A DNA stretch of 62,413 nt, counting the filler, from Asterionella formosa (Eukaryota): assembly GCA_002256025.1 (NCBI GenBank). It is 12 parts of 12 records of this genome, joined end to end, with 100 filler letters (N's around TTAATTAATTAA, not from the genome) between each part and the next. Parts side by side here need not be neighbours in the genome. Positions count along the whole stretch, not along the records: positions 36,514 to 41,617 come from NKIB01013218.1; positions 41,718 to 46,820 come from NKIB01013219.1; positions 46,921 to 52,022 come from NKIB01013220.1; 9 more parts are not named here. One strand, written 5' to 3'. Position numbers and translations under genes: made by a program. A model generated the notes under the pieces. It made no database searches. It saw only the letters and a list, made by a program, of their open reading frames with translations, and had not been told where the DNA came from. Positions 36,620 to 50,240 of the stretch are shown here, piece by piece. How positions within the stretch are numbered: the first letter of the stretch is position 1; every line of letters begins with the position of its first letter.

Positions 36620-38760
36620 ATGTCGACGACAGTCAACGGAACAAGCGAGAGAGCTTCAATCTATCTGCTAGAACTGCTGCAAGGTGATTCGAAAAAGGAC
36701 TTTTTCCAAAATGCCAGTGGCTGGGTACTTGCTAGTCCTACGTGTGAGTGGGAAGGCATTTCTTGCATTGCTGGGGACGTGACAGAGATTGATCTGTCCG
36801 GAAGAAATCTTGAGGGAACTCTACCAAAGGGTATTGGACAGATTAAATCCCTTACCTCCATTAGTTTGGCATCGAATAGGTATGGTGGTACCGTCCCAAC
36901 TACTTGGGCTTCACTCCCTCTATTGAAGACTCTAGATCTATCCGAAAATGTGCTGGAAGGAACGCTTCCAGTGATTGCATCAGAAAGCGTCAAATATTAT
37001 CTTCTAGGATACAACAGGTTTTCTGGCATGCTACCAAAAGACTTCGCAAAGAACGGAGCCAATATGATTATTTACGATGTCGGATTCAACGAATTGACGG
37101 GAACAATCCCCAATCTCGACAATAAGTTTCCGTTGTTAGAAGAATTGGATCTTTCAAACAACATGATCAATGGTACGTTCATTATATGGGCGAGAATTTT
37201 GTTTTGCATGGTCGTTGCTGGGAAGAATCTCACCTCCTTTTCCTTCACTACAGGCAAACTTGAAACTTCAATCAGTCGACTCACTTCGCTTCAACGCCTC
37301 TTTCTATCCAATAATCGTCTCTCGGGTACCATTCCGAATTCGTTAGGAGATCATATTCTGGCACTGAAAGAAATTTACTTGCACGGAAATATTTTGACTG
37401 GTACTTTGCCGGCATCATTGGATGATTTGCCAGACCTCAGAATCCTATTCATAGATGGTAAGTTTCTGGTCGTCTCATTACTCCTTATGTCCAAGTCGAA
37501 GAGCTAGAACTCACTGACCATCGCACGTCAATAAAATCTCTATTAGACAACAAGCTGACAGGAGTGGTGCCACAGGAGCTCTGCACTTTGAATTTGAATG
37601 AAATCTTTTTCTACGATGGCGCCGGTGGTGTAAATTCATCAGATATTGACACAAACTATTTAGAATTACTGAATGGAAACCGAACAAAAAGTGGTAACGA
37701 TTCAGGCACGAATCCAATTCGACAAAACGACCCAACCATAGAGCGAGATGGCTGCACTTCCATCGCTTGTCCCGCGGGTTACAAGTCACTCTCATCGAAC
37801 AACAAGGATGGTGTCTATCCATGCACACCGTGTGAAAACAAATCATTGAACCCTTACCTTGGGTCCAACTTCTGCTTTGATATCCAAGAGGATCATGTCT
37901 TAATAGCATTGTATAACGCTACAAATGGAGCATCGTGGACTGCTGCAAAGAATTGGGGCGATGCCAGCATATCAACATGTGAGAAGGAAGGGGTGACATG
38001 CAATGCCAATGGTGAAGTTACAGCAATCAATCTACATGACAAGGGGCTTACTGGAACTATTCCAGCCGAAGTCGGTTTCCTTTCCAAGCTCACGTCGTTG
38101 GACCTTTCGAACAATCAAATCGGGGGTCCGCTCCCAGGAGATCTTCACTTTGCTCCCTTGGTGCTGTTGAATGTTGCAGAGAACTTCTTAACAGGCTATG
38201 TTCCACTAAGTCTTTGTCAAGCAGAGGGTATAAATGGCAATGGTCAAGATGGAATCTTTACATGTGACACCATTGCTTGTCAAGCGGGTTTCTATTCCCT
38301 TACTGGCCGCGCAGCACCAGGGCTTAGCGGTGTAAAATGTGCGCAATGTACTGGTGATGATGTTTATTTGGCCATTATCGACTGCAAAAACGTTGTAGCA
38401 GTACAGAATGGCATCACCCCATTTGGTTTGGTTGGTGAAATTGCCATTGTCATTTTCGGTCTTGGTATTATGTTTGGTCTTTTCTGGGTCTGGAGGCGAT
38501 CAAAGGTCTCAACCGAGTACATCAACAACAGAGCGTACGATCTGCACGGTCCCGGTAAGGATCGTCTTGCACTCGGTGCTTCTGATGGCTTCTCACATCC
38601 AGAGTCCGACCTCGACCTTGACGAAACCGACCCTTTGGGTGGCATAGACGGGTTGGGCCATGGAAGCTTAACAAGAATGGAGGTGAAGGTCAAGGATGAG
38701 TGGAGCTCGGGAAAGGAAACGCAGAAAGACGTTTGGCTGGATGTTCCCAAGATTTCGTAG
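36620..38760 (+). CDS. LRR receptor-like membrane protein 1; introns 37173-37253 and 37458-37546
   Basis: CEWEGISC cap and plant-type LxLxxNxLxGxIP repeats in two blocks. Cys-rich IACPAG..CxxC modules, a TM helix ending WVWRR and a short cytoplasmic tail. Confidence 0.85.
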
Positions 38761-38958
38761 TCGAGCGAGTATCGATTACATGGTATTTCTCCCAAAAGGG
38801 CTCCTGATGGTTTGCGCTTGACGGCAATAGGATGGCATCCACTCAACTTCATTGTGATCGTCGTCGCTTGGCCTCGTTTAGGCTACCTATGCAGCATGCT
38901 ACTTTAGCTTTTAGTGACATTTGAGCTATGGAGAAAGTACCGGTATGTGTATGTTCAA

Positions 38959-39351
38959 NNNNNNNNNNNNNNNNNNNNNNNNNNNNNNNNNNNNNNNNNN
39001 NNNNNNNNNNNNNNNNNNNNNNNNNNNNNNNNNNNNNNNNNNNNNNNNNNNNNNNNNNNNNNNNNNNNNNNNNNNNNNNNNNNNNNNNNNNNNNNNNNNN
39101 NNNNNNNNNNNNNNNNNNNNNNNNNNNNNNNNNNNNNNNNNNNNNNNNNNNNNNNNNNNNNNNNNNNNNNNNNNNNNNNNNNNNNNNNNNNNNNNNNNNN
39201 NNNNNNNNNNNNNNNNNNNNNNNNNNNNNNNNNNNNNNNNNNNNNNNNNNNNNNNNNNNNNNNNNNNNNNNNNNNNNNNNNNNNNNNNNNNNNNNNNNNN
39301 NNNNNNNNNNNNNNNNNNNNNNNNNNNNNNNNNNNNNNNNNNNNNNNNNNN
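38959..39351. other. Assembly gap (N run, intra-scaffold)
   Basis: Run of N without the stop-linker. Confidence 0.95.
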
Positions 39352-39589
39352 GATACCGGTTCTACAAATATAGAGTGGCAGATACCTGGTACCCTGGTAC
39401 CAGGGTACCTGGTTACCAAACTAAAATATTTTGCCCTGGCTGGATGATGGTCCCGTCCGGAAAGAAAGGTGTTTGTTAATTTATAATTATGCCCGACTGA
39501 TGTTGTGGGTGTAACCGGTATACCGGTAATGACTTAATATTATTCTGAAGTCGGCTTCACTCTATACCTTGCATAACTTTCCCTGCAAA

Positions 39590-41617
39590 ATGGCGGCCGA
39601 CGAACAACGCAATATCCTTTTGAATCTTGTGCAAGGGGAGGAAGGTCAGGATTGGGCTGACGAGAGAACTGGATGGAAATATGACCAGACTTCCGGTAAG
39701 TAAATCTTCGAACCATTCGTGTTCAGTAATGACTGAGTTTTGCTGCTTCTTCCTTGCTTCTATTCTACTGACTGACCCCTACATGTACCCATGATTCTCC
39801 TTATAGTGTGCGAGTGGAGTGGGATTACCTGTAATATAGAAAGAAATGTCACGGAGATACGGCTACCTGCAGCTGATCTCCTTGCAACAATTCCAAGTGA
39901 ACTTGGTTTGCTTTCCTCTTTAGAGTTGATTGACCTTAAGAAAAACCTCTTGCGAGGAACGATACCCGCAGAGTTTGCATCACTGCCCAATCTTGCCTTT
40001 TGCAATTTGGCCGGGAATCAACTCAAAGGCGCCATTCCTGCCTTTGGATCTGCTCACCTCAACACTTTAGACCTTAGTAGGAACGGCTTTCAAGGACATG
40101 TACCTCCAGATTTTGGGGCCAGGAATGTTGCTCTGACATTTGTCGATTTGCAGTATAACTTCCTGTCGGGATATATACCGTACGGTTTGGAAGGGCTTCG
40201 CTTTTTGAGCACAATTTCGTTGAGCCACAATCTATTAAGTGGGACTCTACCGAATTACGTGGGTTCGCTTGCGGCCTTGGAGTACCTCTATCTCAACCAC
40301 AATACTATTGTCGGAACGATACCAGTAGTATGGGGCGACAACAGTTCCTCCCTGAAAGAACTATGGCTTCAAGATAATTTGCTCAGTGGACATGTTCCGG
40401 AAAAAATTGCGCTGAATCCTGCCCTTCGCGATCTTTATTTGGACGGGAACAAACTCACTGGAGAAATTCCTGTGTCCTTGTGTCGCAAACGATTGAATTT
40501 AGATTTCTTGGAGCAGATCAACAAAACAGCAGTCACCGACATAAATTGCGATTCCATCGCATGTCCAAGCAATTATGTCTCCAGAGATGGTCTATATCCG
40601 TGTCATGACTGTTCGCTGCAAGGTACACTAAAAAATCCATACATTGGGCAATCGGGGGAGTGTCGCTCACTGACAGAGAGTCTGATTATATCCAATTTCT
40701 TTACGGTACAAGCTGGTGACTCTCAACGAGATAGTGCATGCTTGTACAATGGAGTGACTTGTGATACCCAAGGACGAGTTATCAAAATTATTGCCCCCAA
40801 TCGAAAGCTTGTTGGGTCAATTCCTGACTCTTTTGGCTTTTTGCAAAATCTGCAAGAATTAGATGTGAGCGACAACGAATTGACTGGATTTCTACCTTCG
40901 GGCTTGCGTTTCGCGCCATTGAATGTTTTGGACGTGTCGGGAAATCAACTGCGAGGTATTGTTCCACCCCTATTGTGCAATATGGACAAAGTAAATGGTA
41001 ATGGACAAAACGGCGACTTTGTGTGCAATAACATTGCATGTCCTATTGGTACCTATAGTCAAACGGGACGGGGTATTTGCAGAATTTGTGATGAAGGCGG
41101 GGCGGCTTTCTTAGGGAGCAAAACTTGTGGAATTGTAATCAATGGTTCATCGATCGCTTCCACAAATTATAATCAAACCCACGGACTGCACGGGATTGGA
41201 TTCATATTATTTCTTGCCTTCCTTGCAGTAGCAATAATTGGAGCATTATTGACGGCGCACATTTTTGTTGCGAGATACGTGAAAGGACGCGAACAACCGA
41301 AAGAAGTTGAGAAAGAGTGGACAATTGATGAAGATAGAACGAGTTTTCCTCACACGGAAGAACTAAAAGCTCGCTTACAACGTCTTCGACGACGAAGTTC
41401 CCCTGGGCAGTGGCTCAGTCAGCACTTGCAACGAGCTCAGTCGTACATTGTTTCATTTCCCAAAGCAGGGGACGTGGACGAAGATCTACCAGTTGCTAAC
41501 AAGATACAGACTCATGAAGACGAAGTCTACGATTATGGATGGAGAGAACGGGAATCAATCCTCAAACATCGTGAGATCGAGAGGGCTGTGGCAACCCAGA
41601 AAGAAACTTCATCCTTG
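39590..41617 (+). CDS. LRR receptor-like membrane protein 2 (tandem paralog); intron 39696-39806; 3' truncated
   Basis: Same architecture as 36620-38760 (CEWSGITC, SIACP, NPYIG, L.FAPL, NGNGQ.G.F.C..IAC, TM helix). First exon MAADEQRNILL.. splices in frame. Confidence 0.85.
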
Positions 41618-41772
41618 NNNNNNNNNNNNNNNNNNNNNNNNNNNNNNNNNNNNNNNNNNNNTTAATTAATTAANNNNNNNNNNNNNNNNNNNNNNNNNNN
41701 NNNNNNNNNNNNNNNNNTATACCCGTACCGGGCACTGGTAGTTATTATCTCGAAGTATCATCCCCATCAACC

Positions 41773-44700
41773 ATGCCGCTATCCAAGAAAGAAGCCTTAA
41801 CTTGGTGCTCTGATGCCCTTCATGATCTCCTGGGATTTACTGATTCTGCATTGGCCTCCTTTTTGGTAGCATTGGCACGGAAATCATCCAGCACGCCGCA
41901 ATCGATTCTGCAAGAGTTGTGCGACGTGAATGCACCACAGGATAAGCTTCAGAGCTTTGCCAGGCAACTGCATGACCAGTGCAAACCATTTCCAAATAAG
42001 GGTGAGACATCATTGTTCAACAAAAGGAAAACAAACGCCGACTGGGTCCAACAAGCTCAAAAATACAAACTGTTGGACGACGACGTGGACGATAACGCTC
42101 CAACTAAAGTCAAACCTTTTTCCAAAAAAAGAGAACGCAAGGAAATGAAGCAACGTAGTCGAGTGCGAGACGATGAAGGTAGCGATGATAGCGTCACTGA
42201 AATCAAGCGAACTTCGCATGAAGAACGACGACGCAAGCGTAAAGAGGGGAATGAGTCTCGACTCACAGAAGAAGAAAGAAACGCTCTCGATCGAGAAAAA
42301 GACTTGCAAGAAAGGGATGAGTTTGTACAGCGCATGCTGGCAAAAGATGACACTAAAACAAAGCAAAAAGTTGTATCACCAGAATCGCGGAAGCAGTTTG
42401 ACGCAGAGCAACGGCTTGCACGTGGCGAAACGGTTGTCGACGAAACAGGCGAAGAAATGACACTGGATCGGCTACGCGAGCAATCAAGGCGAGCATACTT
42501 GAAGAAACGAGAGGAGCAGCAAGTCAATCTCCTAGAGCTGGAGTTGCAGGAAGAGGAAGAACTATTTCGGGGACAAAAACTGACAAAAGCAGAGAGGAAA
42601 CGGATTGAATTGGGCAAACAAATTTTGACCATGGTAAAGGGACGAGATGATGATATAAATCAAGGGACTGATGGGTTATATCGACTGCCCGATGAATATA
42701 ATGAAAAGCATACCAAGTCAGATCAAGACAAGGCATTGTTAAAGAATAGATACCATGATAGCAAAGGAGAAAAGACAGAGCAAGAGGCGTGGGAAGAGTC
42801 TCAAACGCAAAAAGCGGTTGGCGGCAGGAGTAAGAAAAGGGATACAAATGAAAAAGAATACGACCTTGTATTTGACGATCAGATCGCGTTTGTCATGCAA
42901 GATACAAAAAAGGGTTACGATCGTCGCCGAAAGAAAGAAGCACCTATGGTCAAAGACGAGAGGCCCGATCCTTTGGAACCTCGATTGACAGAGCACCAAA
43001 ACATATTAGTAGGCCGTAAGAAGCTTCCCGTGTTTCCTTATAGAGAAGAATTTCTGGCTGCAGTTAAGGACCATCAAGTATTGGTATTGGTGGGTGAGAC
43101 CGGTTCTGGTAAGACTACTCAGATACCTCAATATCTCCATGAGATTGGGTACAGTGAGTTGGGAAAAATTGGGTGCACACAACCTCGTCGTGTTGCAGCA
43201 ATGAGTGTGGCTGCGCGTGTTGCAATCGAGATGAACGTAAAACTGGGTCATGAAGTGGGCTATTCCATTCGCTTTGAAAATTGTACTAGCCCCAAAACTA
43301 TTATTCAATATATGACAGATGGTATGCTGCTTAGAGAGATTTTGACAGAACCAGATTTGGCAGGCTACTCTTGTCTCGTTATAGATGAGGTGAGTGTGCA
43401 TACACTACTGCTTCTGAATTTTATTATTGTCTCACTCCATTCTACAATATAGGCACACGAGCGAACACTTCACACAGATATTCTATTTGGATTGGTGAAA
43501 GACATAGTACGATTCCGCAGCGATTTGAAGGTGATTATCAGTAGCGCTACCCTTGATGCAGAGAAATTCTCCAAGTATTTCGATGATTGCTCTATCTTTA
43601 TGATTCCTGGTCGAATGTTTCCTGTAGATATCTATTACACCAAGTCGCCCGAAGCTGACTATGTGGATGCTGCTGTCGTGACAGTCCTTCAAATTCATGT
43701 CTCGCAACCTCTAAATGGTGACGTACTTGTGTTCTTAACCGGCCAGGAAGAAATTGAAACGGCTGCTGAGGTGCTGGCTCTTCGAACGAAAAACCTGGGA
43801 TCGCGCATTAAAGAATTGATCATTTGCCCAATTTATGCAAATCTTCCACCAGAGCAACAGGCCAAGATTTTTGAACCTACTCCGGCGGGGGCCAGAAAAG
43901 TTGTTTTGGCTACGAATATAGCTGAGACAAGTTTGACCATCAACGGAATATGTTATGTCATCGATGCAGGCTTCGCCAAGCAAAAATCGTTCAATGCCAA
44001 ATCTGGAATGGAGTCTCTCATTGTTACCCCCATTTCCCAGGCTGCGGCCAACCAAAGGGCGGGACGTGCTGGTCGTACACAGCCGGTAAGTAACATGTTG
44101 CATGAGGTGAATGAATGAGATCTAGCCATTGGTTATTGACACATTTGTCTACTTGTTCAAAGGGGAAATGCTTTCGCCTCTACACTGCTTATTCGTTTCA
44201 GCACGAAATGGATCCCAATACTGTACCGGAGATTCTGCGAACCAATATGGGGAACGTAGTTCTAATGTTGAAGAGTTTAGGAATCAACGATTTGATGAAT
44301 TTTGATTTTATGGATCGACCACCGGCCCAGACTTTGATTGTGGCCTTGGAACAACTCTATGCACTTGGAGCCCTAAATGATAAAGGGGAACTGACCAAGT
44401 TGGGTAGACGAATGGCAGAGTTTCCACTGGATCCAATGCTAAGCAAGAGTCTGCTTGCTTCGGAGAAATACAAATGTACGTCGGAGATCTTGTCGATGGT
44501 TGCAATGCTTTCTCTTGGCGCTTCTGTTTTTTATCGACCAAAAGATAAGGCGGTCCACGCTGACACTGCTCGATTGAACTTTGCTCGAGGTGGAGGTGGT
44601 GATCATATGGCGTTGATGCGCTGTTACGTAGAATGGGCTGCAATGGACTACAGTACACAGTATTGCCAAGAGAATTACATTCAGATTCGAAGTATGAGGA

Positions 44701-45092
44701 AAGCTCGTGATATTCGAGAACAATTGGAAGGTCTATGTGATCGTGTGGAGATTGATAAGAACGTGTCGAATCCAGATGATATGGATGCTATTCTGAAAGC
44801 AATCACATCTGGTTTCTTTTACAATATCGCTAAGTTGGCGAGATCTGGTGAATATCAAACAATAAAGCAACCTAAAACTGTCTACATTCATCCGAGCTCC
44901 GTCTTGTCGAAAGAGGAAGAACCGCCTGCATGGCTTTGCTTTTTCGAGCTTGCCTTCACAACAAAAGAGTACATGCGATCAGTCTGCCCGATCAAGCCTG
45001 AATGGCTGCTCGAGTGCGCCCCTCATTACTACAACAGCGAAGAGGTAGAAGAGGCCCGATCCAGGAAGATGCCAAAGAATAGGCATAAATAA
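41773..45092 (+). CDS. DHX16: Pre-mRNA-splicing DEAH-box helicase DHX16/Prp2; introns 43390-43452 and 44086-44162
   Basis: [31 protein letters not shown] split by intron 1, SAT, IYANLP and QRAGRAGR. N-terminal W.SD.LH.LLG and LR..SR..YL.KRE fit DHX16. Confidence 0.93.
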
Positions 45093-45178
45093 TTCGATTT
45101 GTGTCGTTAACTTTAAACTTGGACCCATTGGTTCGCACTCATTTTGGCGAGGCCGTGGAAACATATTATACATCGTCA

Positions 45179-46706
45179 TTATTTCTTGATTTCCAGTTCG
45201 AGAACAACCGGGCAGTGGTCGCTACCAATGATTGCAGGCAGTGTGTAGCTATCACGAACAAAAACGTTGTTCGCGTTGTTGTCATCAAAGAAGGAAGGAG
45301 AACAAATGAAATAGTCCAACCGAAGCCCCTTATTTGGTTCGCGATTTCCAGCTCGTTGACTCCAATAGGTGTAATGACCTTTCGCCTCTGGATGAAGTTT
45401 ACGGAAGGCGTCGACAAACCCAGAATCAAGTTGAGCCTGAAAGGAGTCCCGTTCCTGTTGAGTGACACCAGCTTGTGTCGCCAAATGTTTTGCGCCATCG
45501 TTCCATACTTCGAGGTTGGTATGTGCCACGTTCAAGTCTCCAGCCCAAATAACAGGAAGGTTTTTCTTTTGGTGATATGCAAGAAAGTCCTTGTCCCATT
45601 GTTTCGTGCGGTAATCAAGACGTTCTAGTTTCTGTCCAGAGTTGGGAACATAGACATTTGTCAAGCTAAAACGTGGAAATTCCAGAGTAATTACGCGCCC
45701 TTCCTTGTCATGTTCGTCCTTCCCTATATCGAAAGTCACTTGTTTTGGAACCAAATTGGCAACATCAATAGGAGCTTCTACAGACGCTGTCGATGAAGCA
45801 GTGTCACCTTTCTTAACAGTAAAGAATCCGTCCAACTTGCTTTGATGCCTTTTGACTCCCTTGACACCACTCCGCCGCCTAACAAATACTGCAGTACCCG
45901 AATACCCCTTTTTCGAGGTTGAGCAAGAATAGTGTGCATCATAGCCTTCATTTTCCAATAAATGTCCCCGAATCTTGAGCTTTGGATCATCCACGTGGAT
46001 GTCTTGTAGTTTGGTTTCTTGTAGCATCAAGACGTCGAGATTGTGATCTTGGACCAAGTTGGAAAGAGCATGGGGATGGTTCTTCAATACGGCACGAAGA
46101 CCAGCGACGTTCCAGGATGCGATCTTGAAGGCTGCAAAACGTGTCAGATTAGGAGCAAATCAGAACACCTACACAAACACATCAAAGTGAACAATTTGTT
46201 TTCCATCACTCACTGTACGAATCCTTGTGGTCATTTGCATTCCACAGTTTGGGGAGGTCATCGCGCTGCGTCAAGACTTGATGTTTGGGCGCAGCAGCTT
46301 TCTTTGATTTTTGTTTGCTGTCGACCTCGTCATTGGTGGAATCATTATTCTCGATTTTTACGTGGGCAATACTAATGTCCGAAGCGCCTGCTGTGTCAAC
46401 AACAGCTTCCGCATTAGCCGCACTTCGGTCTTTCTTGCTTCGAGTCTTGCCATTTTTCATTTTCTTGGGAGGAGATTCGCCGTCTGTTGAGGCGCTCATC
46501 TCCCGTTTGGTCCTGGAAGCATGACGGGCACTTTCCAATCGTGGCATAATGGAGTACCGGTAGGTGATGTGAACTCTCGGACAATGACTAGAAAACAGTC
46601 TAGTTGGAACTGCAATAAACAACGAATTCACAAACTGTTGCCGACGTGCAGTCCACAAAAGAATAAGAGCTTGGGAGGCGAATTGGTGACCGAATAGTAG
46701 TCTCAT
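45179..46706 (-). CDS. AP endonuclease / exodeoxyribonuclease III (APE1/ARP-like); intron 46132-46213
   Basis: Spliced FKIASWNVAGLRA, LQETKL, KKGYSGTA, EGRVIT, YVPNSG, GDLNVAH, YTYWS, GLRLDYF and GSDHCP. Confidence 0.93.
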
Positions 46707-46920
46707 GCAAGCAACGAGCGATGTTCCGATGATAAGAAATGGTGGCGATTCATCGGCAGAATGGATTTCAGTGGCGTGATGGTGAGTTCATGAATCCGGT
46801 ACCAGTACCAGTACCAGTACNNNNNNNNNNNNNNNNNNNNNNNNNNNNNNNNNNNNNNNNNNNNTTAATTAATTAANNNNNNNNNNNNNNNNNNNNNNNN
46901 NNNNNNNNNNNNNNNNNNNN

Positions 46921-47045
46921 ACATGAAACCGTTAAAAGTAATCTTTTTTACGTGAAGAGTGGCATTAATGCATGTGAAGTACCACATAATTAACACTCAT
47001 ACGTAGACGAAATTTCGAAAAGTGGCGTATTTCGCGGCTTAGATG
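46921..47045 (-). mobile_element. Terminus of a second copy of the 7025-10092 TIR element family
   Basis: Reverse complement aligns with 7025-7148 (CATCTAAGCCGC..ATACGCCACTTTT.CGAAATTTC..TACGTA.GAGTGTTAAT...TTAATGCCACTCTTC.CGTAAAAAAG.TTACTTTTAACGGTTTCATGT). Confidence 0.85.
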
Positions 47046-49735
47046 TACTACATACCTCAAACATTTTCTGGTCGTAGTCTACCTGGTACTGTGCAAAATA
47101 TCAAATACCAATATTCACATTGGCTTAAGAATACATAAAATAAATGGGATACCAGTCACAATCTTCATCAAGCAAATTGTGAGAATGAACCGCTGCTTGT
47201 GCCAGCATTAACAGAATTTGGATACTAGTAGTTGCATGGATCCTGTCATGTTGTTATTCATCCAGATCTTTCCAAATCTTGAAGTATGGCTGCACATATG
47301 TATTGTCTTGCTCGCCTTGAAAAGTGTCTTGTCCTTTTTGTTGTTAACACTTTGTCTGTTGACATGCTCTCTTGCACCACAGACCACCTGAAGTTCTCTT
47401 TACCCTTTTCCCTCTTCGTCAGAGAAACCCGACGGTAAAAATTCTTGGCACAACCCCAAGATTACTCGATTCCCTCTCCTGCAACTTGAACCCCTTTGTT
47501 ACCTAACCCTTCTCTTCCATGAAAGCTGCTTCGCTCCTCGGCTGGTATCTGCATCCATCTGTGGTGCATCCTTTGTTCATAGCCCAGATATAATCATTTG
47601 CAGAAATCCCATCGGTATTGATTTGTTGCAGGTTTTTCATGTCCATCAACATAGTATCCTTTCTTCCTTGGTGCATATCGGAATCCCAGCCGAGTCATCC
47701 AGCAATAGACGTTAGAGGGCGGGCTAATGCAGGTAAGTACATGTGAGATTAGAATTTTTTCAACTTTGACTTGTACTCCTCAGAGTCCAAGTCAAGTGCT
47801 ACACTAACACTCTGCTCCTCGTCTTTGTCAACAGGTTCATTGAATGTCGAATGGACCAGTGCTGGTAGGACCTTGTCATGTTATATTCCGAAAGCATTTC
47901 GATGGAAAGGGTATCCAAGTTTTCTTTGCCATATCGTTGAAGCAATGTTCATGCAGATGTTGGGGTTGGCATGCAAGCAGATCCATCAGTTGGAATTTGC
48001 GGTGTTTTCGGAAATTGTGGTACCACTTGGATACGATGGCTTCAGGGGAGTCCCAATATGTTGTGGTTGTTTGTTTCTGGATGTCGTTCTTTTCGCTGCT
48101 AGCTAGGAGCAGACAATTGCAGGGAAGATGATGACTCAAGTAGCTGGATGTCGTTTCTCAGTAATTGGGACAATGAAGCAGTAGCTGGTTCTGATGAAAC
48201 ATCAGTCCCCGCCCCTATAGCATTATAAATTTACTAGTACTAGTAGTAGTTGCTTCTTTCCCTTCTCCTTTGTCTTGAATTCAACAATTCTTCTCCTACT
48301 AGACTAGCCATAATAGCTTTACTATTGGAATCAAAGCTAGTACATAGGGAAACTTCTTTCTCCAATATAGTTGAGGTAAATTACTACTGCCACTAGATGA
48401 TATCACATGACAATCACAAAATTTTCGACCATCATGACCCCGATTTCCAATTCTTATCAGCCTCTTTTATTTATCTTCCCATTCAGATAATATACATATG
48501 TAGTAAGCTTAGGAACCGCTAATGCGTCTTTCCTGTAATATCAACAAGTAATTGCCTACTTTTTCCTTTGTTTGATACTCATTTCGAAATATCATCACCT
48601 TCCTGCCTGTAGAAATCTCGACCTCATTTGCTTCCAAGGATAGATTTGGAAACACCTTATTGAGATACCTTATCAATCTATTAGTATTAAGGTTTATATT
48701 ATCGCCAAGGGAGTGCTATCATGACGATATTCCCTGAATTGATTGACTGGCAACTAAATACCACGAATGGCAGGGTCGCTGATGGCAGCCATAACTGATA
48801 TTGTTTCAACATTTTGAATATTATGTGAAAAGTGATTCCCCAAAAGCGTTCCACTCATGACTAGAAGAATGCACCATCTAAAAGCCTTCGGGGAATCACT
48901 TTTGCGCAAGTAATGGCGGCAATATTCAGCAATATGGTGAGGTGATCAAAGTGAACAAATTGGCATGATATTCCTTAAACCTACAGAGATAAGGATAATA
49001 TTTTGAACCAGTTCTACGTGGGCTACTACCGGTATCATTATTTTTTTGATGCAACCAGCCTTACATCCTCAGGATTGGGGTCGAAGTTTTAAAATTAGCA
49101 AATCCGCACATGGAGGGGTCAAACCGTGTTTTTCTCCTGTTCAGTGGGTCAAAGCGGTTCCAATTTTTGTGTGGGTAAGAGCAGAGTTTTGCTAGCACCA
49201 GTAGCTGGTAACTACCAGTGTACCAGGTACCAGGGTTTTTACCCTTTTAGATTGAAAGCACATCATGTTGGATGTGATGAATTTTGAAAAGTACGGTTAC
49301 CAGGTACCGTACCGAGCAGGTACTGAGTCACATCAAAGAATCACGAATCAAAGCAAATTATTGCTTTCGTGAAAAGGAGATAGTTTCTCTAAGTAATGTT
49401 CAAATATACGCAAGGAAAGCTAATTAATTCAATCCGTGAACCTGACCGAAGCGACACGACTCAATAGGTTTGTCAATATATTATGAGTGAAAATTCAGGT
49501 ACCGGTATTTTGCTTTATTGTTGCTTGCACGAACGAATGAATGAAGATATTTTCTCCTCCGCCTCCTTTCTTTACTTATATCGGCATTCTGGTTTATATC
49601 CCTTACTTCAATCCATCGTAGGTTCGCTTTGGTGGTCGTTTCAAAAATCATTTCGGGACCTCACGATTTTTGACCTTGAAAGTTTTCTATTAGTCCAAGC
49701 GTGCATCTGCTATCGTGTCGGTGTCCTTGTCGTGT

Positions 49736-50123
49736 ATGGTTGAGTCGTGGGCTTCCTTACTTGAAGGAGCGACCAATGATCCTTCCATTCAAAGATCGTC
49801 TGTGGGATACAACGGTATGTTTGTATCGTCCATGTATATTTTAATAACGAATATATCGGTTCTTGGTGTGTACCGGTATTGTGGCGCTCGTGCACTCTTC
49901 ACTGGTAGTTGGGTGCACTTTCAAATCTGTGCATACTGTGCATGACAAGGATGTAAGGTCGAAATACTTCCAACGATCGATCCTTGCTGCTCTCGATACA
50001 GCAATCCGAGAAATGTATGTAGGATTACAACCAGGTAAAACGACAACGGTACACCGTACCACAAGGTACAATCCCGGTTGTGAATTTATGTATGTGAAGT
50101 CCTGGTATGTGTATGACATATGA
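49736..50123 (+). CDS. Possible small spliced gene or gene fragment (~97 aa); intron 49815-49908
   Basis: GTATGT donor and TAG acceptor join MVESWASLLEG..GYN to VGCTFKSV..YVKSWYVYDI* in frame. No family recognised. Confidence 0.35.
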
Positions 50124-50240
50124 GTACGTCGTCATCCGAGCCGTAATAAATTTCTGATGAAAACACTTGTACCATAAAATCCGATCCGTTGTCCATTCGA
50201 TTTCTATTTTCATCAGCTCGTCACTTTCTATTGAGTCATC

